DNA of 35,105 nucleotides from a virus (Duplodnaviria; Heunggongvirae; Uroviricota; Caudoviricetes): IMG/VR virus record IMGVR_UViG_2711768044_000007, positions 1 to 35,105 of that record; one strand, 5' to 3'. Shown piece by piece: positions 26,988 to 35,105 of this stretch (position 1 is its first letter; each line of letters starts with the position of its first letter). The notes under the pieces were generated by a model. It saw only the letters and a program-made list of their open reading frames with translations, ran no database searches and was not told where the DNA came from. The position numbers and the translations under genes were made by a program.

Positions 26988-28332
26988 CACGCCGGGGCGT
27001 GGCTCCTTTCGTGGCGTACCGTTCCTGGTTTATCAGGAGCAGCGGGAACGGGGCGGACGTAACATTGTGCGCCGTGAATACCCACTGCGTGAAAGCGGCG
27101 GTGCGGATGATCTGGGGCCAAAACTCCCGGAGTTCACATTCACGGTTCTGGTGACCGGAGACGATCTTCAGACACAGCGAAGCCGCCTGCGTGATGCGCT
27201 GCGTGCACCCGGTGCCGGTGAACTGATGCACCCGGATTACGGCACGTTAAATGTACTGATAAACAGCTTTGAAAGCCGTTATAACGCCAGCGAGCAGGGA
27301 ACGGTTGAGTTCACGATCAACGTGATCCCCGCCAGTGACGATACCGCCCCTTCGGTGGCAGAAGATACGGCAGCTGCGCTGGAGCAGAAAAGCGGCTCAG
27401 CAATGAATCAGCTGTTTAACACGCTTTCAGACGGCTGGACGGTGATTTCAGACGGTCTGCATGATGTACAGGCCATGACCGACACCATCAGCGATAAGAT
27501 TGATGCGCTGGAGAATGCCGTTTCGGGGATGGGGATTGTGCAGGATATCAGTGCCTTTACGGCCAGTTTTACTGCCCTGAAAGGCAATGCCGCCGCCCTG
27601 ATTAATGCGCCCCGTCGCATGGCTGAATCGCTGGCCGGAATGTTTGCCGTGCTGACCGGGCTGCCCGGCGATCCTTCCCTGTCTCTGACCGGAAAAGCCG
27701 GAACGCCGTCCGGCAGCCTGACCACAAACCGTGACAGCATGGCAGAGCAGGCCATGCCGCAGCTGTACCGCACACTTTCCTCCCTGCGTTACACCCTCAG
27801 CGAACAGGATGATCCACAGCGCCTGATTGGCCTGACGCCTGCGGCACAGAAAAATATCCGTCTGCTGCGGAGCGTGATGCAGAGTGCAACCCTGGTGTCG
27901 CAGGCACAGACGGTCGGAAAACTGCTGGATCAGGTCATCCGGCAGAATACGACGCACGTTCAGGATACTGACCGTTCGGGCGGACTGGCATGGCTGGAAA
28001 GTTCTGCTGATGTGCAGCGTATCAACCGGGATTTGAGCGATGCCATGGAACAACAGGTGCTGGATCTGTCCGCACAGGGCTATACCGGGACTGCCCTTGC
28101 ATTACGTGATGCAGGGCTTGCGCTGACAGAAGATTTAACCACACGGAGCGTGCATCTTCCCGGTGCTTTTCAGGTCATGGTTCGCACCACCGAACCGGCA
28201 CTGGTCACGCTGTACCGTGCCACCGGCAACAGCAGTCGCTGGCAGTATTTTGTCCGCAGAAACAATATCTCCGATCCGGTTTTTGTTCCGGGGGGCCGCA
28301 GCGTGGAGGTGATCAGTGAGCAGCAGGATTGA
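26974..28332 (+). CDS. DNA circularization protein N-like (Mu gp43-like)
   Basis: 452 aa; N-terminal GRGSFRGVPFLV....GGRNIVRREYPLRE resembles Mu N. Confidence 0.7.
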   Translation: MASTDTPGRGSFRGVPFLVYQEQRERGGRNIVRREYPLRESGGADDLGPKLPEFTFTVLVTGDDLQTQRSRLRDALRAPGAGELMHPDYGTLNVLINSFESRYNASEQGTVEFTINVIPASDDTAPSVAEDTAAALEQKSGSAMNQLFNTLSDGWTVISDGLHDVQAMTDTISDKIDALENAVSGMGIVQDISAFTASFTALKGNAAALINAPRRMAESLAGMFAVLTGLPGDPSLSLTGKAGTPSGSLTTNRDSMAEQAMPQLYRTLSSLRYTLSEQDDPQRLIGLTPAAQKNIRLLRSVMQSATLVSQAQTVGKLLDQVIRQNTTHVQDTDRSGGLAWLESSADVQRINRDLSDAMEQQVLDLSAQGYTGTALALRDAGLALTEDLTTRSVHLPGAFQVMVRTTEPALVTLYRATGNSSRWQYFVRRNNISDPVFVPGGRSVEVISEQQD

Positions 28333-29443
28333 ACTGTATATCGGTGGCAGTATTTTTTCCGGCTGGCTGACGGTCAGCGTCCGTCGCTCGCTGGAGCATC
28401 TGGCCGGGTCGTTTGAACTGGGGCTGATGCTGCCCGGTGAGCGCATCCCCTCAGCCCTGCGGACCGGTCAGTCCCTGACGCTCAGAATTAACGGGCAGAC
28501 GGTCATCAGTGGCTGGCTGGATCAGGTCAGTCAGCGGATCAGTGCAACCCGTCATCAGATCAGCATCAGCGGTCGGGATAAAACCGGCGACCTGGTGGAC
28601 TGTGCCGCCATCCATCCCGGCAGCCAGTGGCGCAACCGGACGCTGGCACAGATTGCCGCAGATTTATGTGCGCCCTTCGGGATAGCTGTGCGCTGGCAGG
28701 TTAACGACGACACGGCTGCACGCCCTTTCAGCTCTTTTACGCTGGAAAACTCAGAAACCGTGGCGGATGCGCTGACCCGTGCTGCCCGGCATCGCGGGGT
28801 GCTGGTGACCAGTAATGCTGACGGCGATCTGGTGTTCACCCAGGCAGGAAGCCAGCAGACGGACAGACTGGTGCTGGGAGATAACCTGCTTGATGCCGAT
28901 TACAACACGGACTGGCGAGGACGATACAGCGAATACCGTGTCCGGGGGCACGGGCGCGGTGGTGGCAAACGGGGAGACAGCGAATCCGCCGCCAGGCTGG
29001 CAGCACCTGTGGGCGTCATCAGTGATGAGCAGATCGGCCGCTACCGGCCGAAAATCATCCTAGCCGATCAACAGACAGACGCCACCGGTGCACGGCAGCG
29101 TGCCCTGCGTGAAATGCGCCGTGCGATTGCCCGTTCAGAACGGTTTTCTGCCACCGTGCGTGGCTGGTTCCGGGATGATGGCCGGTTATGGGATGTCAAT
29201 CTGCTGACCGGTGTTTCAGCCCTGCGTTTCGGTATCGAACAGACTGAACTGCTGGTCTGTCAGGTGGAGTTTTTACTGGATGAACAGAACGGGGAAGTCA
29301 CCCGGCTGGTTCTGGCACCGCGTGACGGCTTTATCGTTCCGGCAGAGCCGGACAGCAAAGGCCGTGGCGGTGGTTCCGGTGATGATGTTGATGCCTTTAT
29401 TCGCCAGCAGATGAAAAAACAGGGGATCAGCTTTGATGAATGA
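28316..29443 (+). CDS. baseplate hub protein (Mu P/gp44-like)
   Basis: 375 aa, GTG start with GGAGGTG RBS; position. Confidence 0.7.
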   Translation: MSSRIELYIGGSIFSGWLTVSVRRSLEHLAGSFELGLMLPGERIPSALRTGQSLTLRINGQTVISGWLDQVSQRISATRHQISISGRDKTGDLVDCAAIHPGSQWRNRTLAQIAADLCAPFGIAVRWQVNDDTAARPFSSFTLENSETVADALTRAARHRGVLVTSNADGDLVFTQAGSQQTDRLVLGDNLLDADYNTDWRGRYSEYRVRGHGRGGGKRGDSESAARLAAPVGVISDEQIGRYRPKIILADQQTDATGARQRALREMRRAIARSERFSATVRGWFRDDGRLWDVNLLTGVSALRFGIEQTELLVCQVEFLLDEQNGEVTRLVLAPRDGFIVPAEPDSKGRGGGSGDDVDAFIRQQMKKQGISFDE

Positions 29444-30047
29444 TGAAGTGTTCAGCCGCCTGATTGCCCCGGTAACGCGCGGCATTCGCCTGCTGTTTGG
29501 CCGGGGCGTTCTGACCGGCACACATGACGAACTGAAAATGCAGAATGTGCAGCTCACCGGCATGGACGGCGAAACCTTTGATGATGTGGAGCGCCCCCAG
29601 CAGTACGGGCAGATCAGCGTTCCCCTGCCGGGCGCAGAAACCTTTTTTGCCTGTCTGGGCGGACAGCGGGATCAGACTGTGGTGCTTGTGGTGGAAGACC
29701 GGCGCAGCCGTCCGACCGGACTCACTGCCGGAGATACGGGGGTGTATCACCATGAGGGGCACCGGATACGGTTAACAAAGGATGGTCGCATTATTGTGAC
29801 ATGCAAAATGCTGGAGATTTACGCCGACGAGGGGATGCGGGTGGATACGCCGGAAGCCACCTTTACGGGCAATGTGACGGTGGATAAGAACCTGCATGTT
29901 AAGGGTAATTTCGCGCTTGATGGTACAGGTAAATCAGACGGGCTGTTCACGATGTCTGATGCCGCTATTGCCGGGATCACCTATTCCGGCCATGTGCATC
30001 AGGATAACGGCAAAGGCAGTAAGACAGGAGCGCCGGAGAATGGCTGA
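29436..30047 (+). CDS. baseplate spike/assembly protein (gpV-like, Mu gp45-like)
   Basis: about 203 aa from ATG 29436 (the track start 29433 is TTG); position. Confidence 0.65.
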   Translation: MNDEVFSRLIAPVTRGIRLLFGRGVLTGTHDELKMQNVQLTGMDGETFDDVERPQQYGQISVPLPGAETFFACLGGQRDQTVVLVVEDRRSRPTGLTAGDTGVYHHEGHRIRLTKDGRIIVTCKMLEIYADEGMRVDTPEATFTGNVTVDKNLHVKGNFALDGTGKSDGLFTMSDAAIAGITYSGHVHQDNGKGSKTGAPENG

Positions 30048-30477
30048 TATTGCAATTGTATGGGATCAGGGATGCGGTTCGCTGCAACTCAACGGTGCCG
30101 ACCTGCTGACGGATGACAGTCTGCTGACGGCCGTTCTGATTTCGCTGTTTACTGACCGCCGGGCGCTGGCATCGGATGAAATCCCTGACGGTACGCGTGA
30201 CCGACGGGGATGGTGGGGAGACAGTTTTCGCCCGCGACCCATTGGCTCCCGTCTGTGGCTTCTCAGCCGGGAAAAAACGCTGGCCTCCGTGATAAGCCGT
30301 GCCCGTGCTTACGCGGATGAGGCGCTGGGCTGGCTCAGTCAGGATGGCGTGGCGTCATCCGTGGTCTGTCATGCAGAACGTGTGGGACACGCGCGGCTGG
30401 CGCTTTCGGTGCGCATAACCCTGCCTGATGGTTCAGTGAGACCCATGATTTTTTATGCTGATCTTAAGGGGGAGTAA
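30040..30477 (+). CDS. baseplate protein (Mu gp46-like)
   Basis: 145 aa from internal ATG 30040 overlapping upstream stop (MADIAIVWDQGCG...); the track ORF start 29896 would overlap gp45 extensively. Confidence 0.65.
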   Translation: MADIAIVWDQGCGSLQLNGADLLTDDSLLTAVLISLFTDRRALASDEIPDGTRDRRGWWGDSFRPRPIGSRLWLLSREKTLASVISRARAYADEALGWLSQDGVASSVVCHAERVGHARLALSVRITLPDGSVRPMIFYADLKGE

Positions 30478-31559
30478 TGCCTTATCAGCCTTTACCGCTG
30501 GCACAGTTAATCACGCAGACACAGCAGGATATCAGCCAGCGCCTGCCCGGCTCGCAGCCGGGTGTGAATGAAACCACCCTGAATGCCATTGCTTACGCTC
30601 AGGCAGGGTTATCTGCTCAGGAGCATGAGCATCTGGCCTGGATTGCGCGTCAGATCATCCCGACCGAAGCCGATGAAGCCGAACTGCTGAAACACTGTGC
30701 ATTCTGGGGCGTTATGCGTAAACCCGCCTCACGGGGTGACGGGCCGGTTCAGCTGATGCTGACCACGGATGCGGGGATCACAGAAGGTGTGCTTCTCCAG
30801 CGCAGTGATGGCGTGGTTTACCGCATCACCGCCTCCCTGACCGGCAAGGCCGGTACGCTGAATGTCAGTGTGGAAGCTGAAAGTGCCGGTCGTGCGGGAA
30901 ATGCCCCAGCAGGGACAAAACTGACATTTATCACACCGCAGGCGGGGATCAACCAGACGGCCACGGTGACCGGAACGGGGATCACCGGTGGTGCGGATGT
31001 GGAAACCGTGCCGGAGCTGCTTTCCCGTCTGGTTTTCCGGGTGCAGAATCCGCCGTCCGGCGGCACGCAGTATGATTTTGAACGCTGGGCGCGTGAAGTG
31101 CCGGGCGTGACGCGGGCATGGTGCCGCCCGGAGTGGCCGCAGGCGGGCAGCGTGGGGGTAACGTTCGTTCAGGATAATAACCCGGATATTTTCCCCGGTG
31201 ACGGTGATGTTCAGCGGGTGGCGGATTATATCCGCAGTCATGATGATCCAGCGACCGGCCAGCCTGTCGGACAGCCTCTGGGGCCGACAGTGACCGTGTT
31301 TAAACTGACCAATAAGCCGGTGCCCTTCAGCATCAGGATCATCCCGAAAACACCGGAGAATCAGGCGGCCGTAAAACAGGCACTGACCGACCTGTTATAC
31401 AACGAATCCCGGCCCGGCGGTCTGGTTCTGCCGTCGTCTTTCTGGCGTGCCGTGGCGGGGGTGAAAAATCTGGAGGATTTTGAAGTGCGCAGTCCGCTGA
31501 CGTCAGTTCAGGCGGGAGACAGTGAGCTGCTGACGGTAGGAGAAATCACATGGCTGTAA
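30477..31559 (+). CDS. baseplate J-like protein (Mu gp47-like)
   Basis: 360 aa; AAGGGGGAG RBS; position. Confidence 0.7.
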   Translation: MPYQPLPLAQLITQTQQDISQRLPGSQPGVNETTLNAIAYAQAGLSAQEHEHLAWIARQIIPTEADEAELLKHCAFWGVMRKPASRGDGPVQLMLTTDAGITEGVLLQRSDGVVYRITASLTGKAGTLNVSVEAESAGRAGNAPAGTKLTFITPQAGINQTATVTGTGITGGADVETVPELLSRLVFRVQNPPSGGTQYDFERWAREVPGVTRAWCRPEWPQAGSVGVTFVQDNNPDIFPGDGDVQRVADYIRSHDDPATGQPVGQPLGPTVTVFKLTNKPVPFSIRIIPKTPENQAAVKQALTDLLYNESRPGGLVLPSSFWRAVAGVKNLEDFEVRSPLTSVQAGDSELLTVGEITWL

Positions 31560-32110
31560 CCCTGACCCCGCATCAGCGCGCCCTGTTGCAGTTACTGCCT
31601 GACGGGCTTGCATGGGACAAGCGTCCGTCATCCGTACTGGCATCGTTATGCCTGGGCCTCAGTCATTCGACAGCGCGTGTTTCCTGGACGGGTAAACAGC
31701 TGCTTGCCGAGCGTTTCCCTGACACGTCGCGCCTGCTGCTGGAAGACTGGGAGCGTTATCTCGGCCTTCCTGAATGTGATATGGCCGGAGCCACCCTCAC
31801 GGAGCGACAGCGTTATGCCGGAAATAAATACCGGATGAAGCCCTCGCTGAACCGTGAATTTTATATCCGGTTTGCGGCGGAGTTTGGTTATCAGATTGAT
31901 ATTCAGCCATCACCGGATTCGCAGTGGGTCAGTATTGTCACGATTAACAGTGAAACCGGCTACCGGAATATGAATGTGCTGGATGATATTCTCACGCCGC
32001 TGCGTATTTATGAAGGCGGTGCGCTGGAATGTATTCTGAATCGTTATAAGCCTGCATGGCAGACGTTTATTTACGTGTATGCAAACAGCCATGAAGAGGA
32101 GACTATTTAA
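31550..32110 (+). CDS. tail/baseplate protein (Mu gp48-like, DUF2313-like)
   Basis: 186 aa, AGGAGA RBS, overlapping start; position before fibre. Confidence 0.6.
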   Translation: MAVTLTPHQRALLQLLPDGLAWDKRPSSVLASLCLGLSHSTARVSWTGKQLLAERFPDTSRLLLEDWERYLGLPECDMAGATLTERQRYAGNKYRMKPSLNREFYIRFAAEFGYQIDIQPSPDSQWVSIVTINSETGYRNMNVLDDILTPLRIYEGGALECILNRYKPAWQTFIYVYANSHEEETI

Positions 32111-32991
32111 TGTTTCATGTTGATAATAATTCCGGCGTGGCGAATATGCCTGCGCTGGCACCGGCGCAGAGTAATACCACCACCTGGTTTACCGAAGGTG
32201 ACGGACAAAAAGGTATCAGCTGGATTGGTCAGGACTGGCTGAATATTCTCCAGGCCGAACTGCTGAATATTCTGGCTGAAGCCAGTATTCAGCCGGATAA
32301 GGCGCAGTTAAACCAGCTTACGCTGTCCATTAAAGCCATTATCGCTGCGAATGCTTTTTCCCGGAAAAATAACCTGAAAGAAATTGCTGATGCCGGTGCG
32401 GAGGCCCAGCGTCTTGCCCGTGGTTATCTTGGTCTGGGGGCGCTTGCCACAAAAAACAGTCTTGGTCCCGGTGACGTTAATGCCCTGGCGAAGGATCAGA
32501 ATCTGGCCGACCTGGAGAATAAGGGAACCGCCCGTAATAATCTGGATGTTTACAGCAAAAGCGAAGGTGATAACCGTTACCTGCGCAGGGAGCAGCACGG
32601 CGCAGACATTCAGGATAAAGGGGCTTTTATCGATAACGTCGGTTTACGGGAAACGGTGAATAAGGCGGCGAATGCTCTGCCATCGGACGGCACCGCCGTT
32701 GCCGCGAACAGGCTGGCAAATGCCCATACAATTAATGGGGTTCCCTTTGACGGGACCCGGGATATCACTATCTCATCAGGAACAGTAACCTCTGTAAGGC
32801 TGGGGTCGGTGACAGCACATATGCCCGGAACATGGGAAAGCTGGGATCTTAATCTGGGGGGCGGTAATGTTCTTACCGGAATTAAAGTACAGGATGTCGG
32901 TAAGAATACGGCAGATAACGTCGGCGGTGTGTATTACCGGCCGTTGCAGTATCTGTTAAATGGGGCATGGGTGACGGCAGCGAGTATATAA
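32110..32991 (+). CDS. tail fibre protein (short; N-terminal constant part plus distal variable part)
   Basis: 293 aa, GAGGAG RBS, follows baseplate genes; contains a Gin/Hin-type crossover-like sequence at codon ~172. Confidence 0.65.
   Translation: MFHVDNNSGVANMPALAPAQSNTTTWFTEGDGQKGISWIGQDWLNILQAELLNILAEASIQPDKAQLNQLTLSIKAIIAANAFSRKNNLKEIADAGAEAQRLARGYLGLGALATKNSLGPGDVNALAKDQNLADLENKGTARNNLDVYSKSEGDNRYLRREQHGADIQDKGAFIDNVGLRETVNKAANALPSDGTAVAANRLANAHTINGVPFDGTRDITISSGTVTSVRLGSVTAHMPGTWESWDLNLGGGNVLTGIKVQDVGKNTADNVGGVYYRPLQYLLNGAWVTAASI
32627..32652 (+). other. candidate site-specific inversion crossover site (gix/hix-like) inside the fibre gene
   Basis: TTATCGATAACGTCGGTTTACGGGAA matches the Mu gix sequence as I recall it (TTATCCAAAACCTCGGTTTACAGGAA) at 22 of 26 positions, including central TC and the right half GGTTTAC. 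No partner site or invertase gene found in the window. Confidence 0.3.
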
Positions 32992-33002
32992 TGGCGTTCA
33001 GA

Positions 33003-33020
33003 AGGCCTTCCGGCCTTCTT
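33003..33020. terminator. palindromic hairpin between convergent fibre and tfa-like genes
   Basis: GAAGGCC-ttcc-GGCCTTC located between the fibre stop (32991) and the minus-strand gene stop (33023). Confidence 0.4.
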
Positions 33021-33022
33021 CA

Positions 33023-33595
33023 TTACTGTGGCTGCTCAGGCCATTTAATGGCGTTAAATTCAGCTTCAGTTTTAATGGCGGGTAATACCATTTTTTTCAC
33101 CTGACTGATGTATGCCATCCATCGTGCCAGTGCTGCTCTGTCTTCATCGCTGATAGTGCCCAGTTGCAACTCCGTTCTCCAGTCATTAATTTTTTCATAT
33201 GCCTGATTAAGATATGACTGGCGCAGTTCTTCCGCTTTTTTGTCGTAGTTGACCGGAAGCGGTGAGATGACGCCATTATCAAACTTCCAGTTACCTGAAA
33301 TATCAGTGCCTTCAGGGAGTTCGTCGCTCTCAACCACGGAAAAACCCACAGGATACAGCGCCGAGGCGTCCTGTGATATTGAGCAGATAACGCCGCTGTC
33401 AGGTGTTATGCAAAGTTTATATTTTTTGGTGAATAATGGCAGGGACTCATAGAAATCCTTACCATCTTCACTCTGAAAATACTGTGCATCATTACCATAG
33501 GGTTTTTGTTCCGGGTAATATCGTTTAACATTAATCAGTTGCATAAACATCACCATGTAAATCAATGATAAAAACAGGAACAATACTATTGCCAT
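33023..33595 (-). CDS. tail fibre assembly (Tfa)-like protein with unusual hydrophobic N-terminus
   Basis: 190-aa minus-strand ORF; C-terminus ...RAALARWMAYISQV...AIKWPEQP resembles the conserved Tfa C-terminal pattern (W..Y......WP..P); N-terminal 20 aa strongly hydrophobic; weak RBS. Confidence 0.4.
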   Translation of the reverse strand: MAIVLFLFLSLIYMVMFMQLINVKRYYPEQKPYGNDAQYFQSEDGKDFYESLPLFTKKYKLCITPDSGVICSISQDASALYPVGFSVVESDELPEGTDISGNWKFDNGVISPLPVNYDKKAEELRQSYLNQAYEKINDWRTELQLGTISDEDRAALARWMAYISQVKKMVLPAIKTEAEFNAIKWPEQPQ

Positions 33596-33848
33596 ATACA
33601 GGCAAGGAGTTTCTGAGATAACGCATATTTTCAGGTGCTGAACGCAGCGTCATGAATCGTTAATTAAATTATAAGCCGGTAATATGCGGTTATCGTATTG
33701 GCTTGTCCATCCTTTGTCGTTATGTTTCTGCCTCACCGGCTCCGTCACGAAAAGTACCGTGACGCTTTTTTGAATTTCCGCAAAACACATATTTATCAGC
33801 GGTTGTTATTCTGACTCTGTTTAATTCAGAAACAGGCAGATAAAGACG

Positions 33849-35105
33849 ATGTCAGACTCCCAGTGGAAAATGCTCTCCGCCATGCCCGGAGAGTTTTCAG
33901 TCAAGGTTGCCGGTGGCACGGTGGCATTTATTGAAAGTCCTTTCCGGCCTTCGGGTAATAAAGGCGGGATCACCTTCGCAGACTGCGTGATCCGCTTCAG
34001 CACGAAAGAGCCATTATGGATAATGCCGGTATCCGGTAATCCCAGTGCAGAAATCACCAGTTCAGGCGTGACCGGCATCATTCCGATTACAGCTGACGTG
34101 GCCGGAACACTCACGCCCTCCGACTGGAATGCACCGGATAACGCCGGGCCTTCCGGCAGCACGAATGGCAGCACCACAGAGCCGGAGTATTACTATGTGA
34201 TCCCACTGGCGGGACAATCAAATGGCATGGCCTATGGTGAAGGGCTTCCGTTACCGGATTCATTTGACCGCCCGGACCCACGGATTAAGCAACTGGCACG
34301 CCGCAGCACGGTCACGCCCGACGGTTCGCCGTGTAAATACAATGACATCATTCCGGCAGACCACTGCCTGCATGATGTTCAGGATATGAGCGGGATAAAC
34401 CACCCGAAAGCTGATCTGGCAAAAGGCCAGTACGGGACTGTCGGTCAGGGGCTGCATATTGCCAAAAAACTGCTGCCTTATATCCCGCAGAATGCCGGGA
34501 TACTTCTGGTGTCCTGTTGCCGTGGTGGTTCGGCATTTACCACCGGAGCCGACGGCTCATTCAGTGAGGCCAGCGGTGCTTCCGCTGATTCTTCACGCTG
34601 GGGAGCCGGTAAACCCCTGTATCAGGACCTGGTAAGCCGTACCAGAGCGGCGCTGGCGAAGAACCCGAAAAACAAACTTCTGGCAGTGGTCTGGATGCAG
34701 GGAGAAGCAGACCTAGCATCGGGAAGTCAGCAGCATAATGGTTTATTCACGACCATGGTTCAGCAGTTCAGAACTGACCTGTCTCCGCTTGCTGCGCAGT
34801 GTGTGAGTGGAAATGCTGGCACGGTGCCGTGGATTTGTGGTGATACCACGTATTACTGGAAAAACGCTGGCACCGATAAATATGAGGCGGTATACGGTGG
34901 CTACAAAGGCAAGGAAACTCAGAATATTTTCTTTGTACCGTTCCTGACGGATGAGAATGGACAGAACACGCCAACGAATGCTCCGGCGGAAGACCCGGAT
35001 ATTGTGGCTGTCGGGTATTACGGTGCGGCATCCCGTACCCAGGGCAGTTTTGTCTCGACACAGCGTGACAGCCATTTCAGCTCATGGGCACGCAGGGGCA
35101 GCCTT
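33849..35105 (+). CDS. SGNH/SASA-type esterase-like protein (sialate O-acetylesterase-like), 3' partial at window edge
   Basis: ORF open from ATG 33849 to window end (>=419 aa); contains VIPLAGQSNGMAYGEG, the GQSN motif of sialate-O-acetylesterase-family esterases; lies distal to tail fibre genes. Confidence 0.5.
   Translation, partial: MSDSQWKMLSAMPGEFSVKVAGGTVAFIESPFRPSGNKGGITFADCVIRFSTKEPLWIMPVSGNPSAEITSSGVTGIIPITADVAGTLTPSDWNAPDNAGPSGSTNGSTTEPEYYYVIPLAGQSNGMAYGEGLPLPDSFDRPDPRIKQLARRSTVTPDGSPCKYNDIIPADHCLHDVQDMSGINHPKADLAKGQYGTVGQGLHIAKKLLPYIPQNAGILLVSCCRGGSAFTTGADGSFSEASGASADSSRWGAGKPLYQDLVSRTRAALAKNPKNKLLAVVWMQGEADLASGSQQHNGLFTTMVQQFRTDLSPLAAQCVSGNAGTVPWICGDTTYYWKNAGTDKYEAVYGGYKGKETQNIFFVPFLTDENGQNTPTNAPAEDPDIVAVGYYGAASRTQGSFVSTQRDSHFSSWARRGSL

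Noticed and set aside
26434-27231. 265-aa minus-strand ORF (and 26306-26758, 26526-26990) across the tape-measure/N junction
   Set aside because: Pro/Arg-rich antisense translations of the Gly/Ala-rich tape-measure region; frame artefacts.
29896-30477. Long version of the gp46-like ORF starting at 29896
   Set aside because: Would overlap the gp45-like gene by ~150 nt in another frame; internal ATG 30040 overlapping the upstream stop is the more plausible start.
32180-32200. Second gix-like site near the start of the fibre gene (CCACCTGGTTTACCGAAGG)
   Set aside because: Only one half-site (GGTTTAC) matches; the other half is unrelated.
33674-33699. Inverted partner site for the gix-like sequence (…GGTAATATGCGGTTATCGTATTGG)
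   Set aside because: Only about 12 of 19 positions match the expected inverted copy, and an in-frame stop (33650-33652, minus strand) separates it from the tfa-like ORF; too weak to call.
1-35105. Integrase/attachment sites or phage ends
   Set aside because: None seen. Mu-like phages integrate by transposition, and the left end (repressor, attL) would lie upstream of position 1, so absence is expected rather than informative.

Overview
This window reads as the left-to-centre ~35 kb of a Mu-like transposable prophage; every call rests on reading the translated ORFs and recalled family signatures, with no database search run. Order on the + strand: ner, transposase A, ATPase B, a block of small early accessory genes, gam, more accessory genes, gemA, a Mor/C-family activator, SAR-endolysin and overlapping spanins, TraR-like zinc finger, small and large terminase, portal, MuF-like head protein, G, protease/scaffold I, major head T, gp36/gp37-like, gp38-like, sheath, tube, chaperone, tape measure, N, baseplate (gp44-48-like) and tail fibre. 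Three minus-strand genes interrupt this: two AT-richer moron-like insertions (8865-9206, between gemA and mor and flanked by a duplicated terminator hairpin; 21836-22102, between gp37 and gp38) and a tfa-like gene convergent with the fibre gene. The window ends inside a + strand gene with a GQSN (SGNH/sialate-O-acetylesterase-like) motif. The best candidates for novel cargo are the two morons, a three-repeat Myb/SANT-like HTH protein in the early region, and the fibre-distal region with a Gin/Hin-type crossover-like site. No CRISPR array, integrase, rRNA or complete tRNA was found. Exact start codons of many small genes are uncertain.
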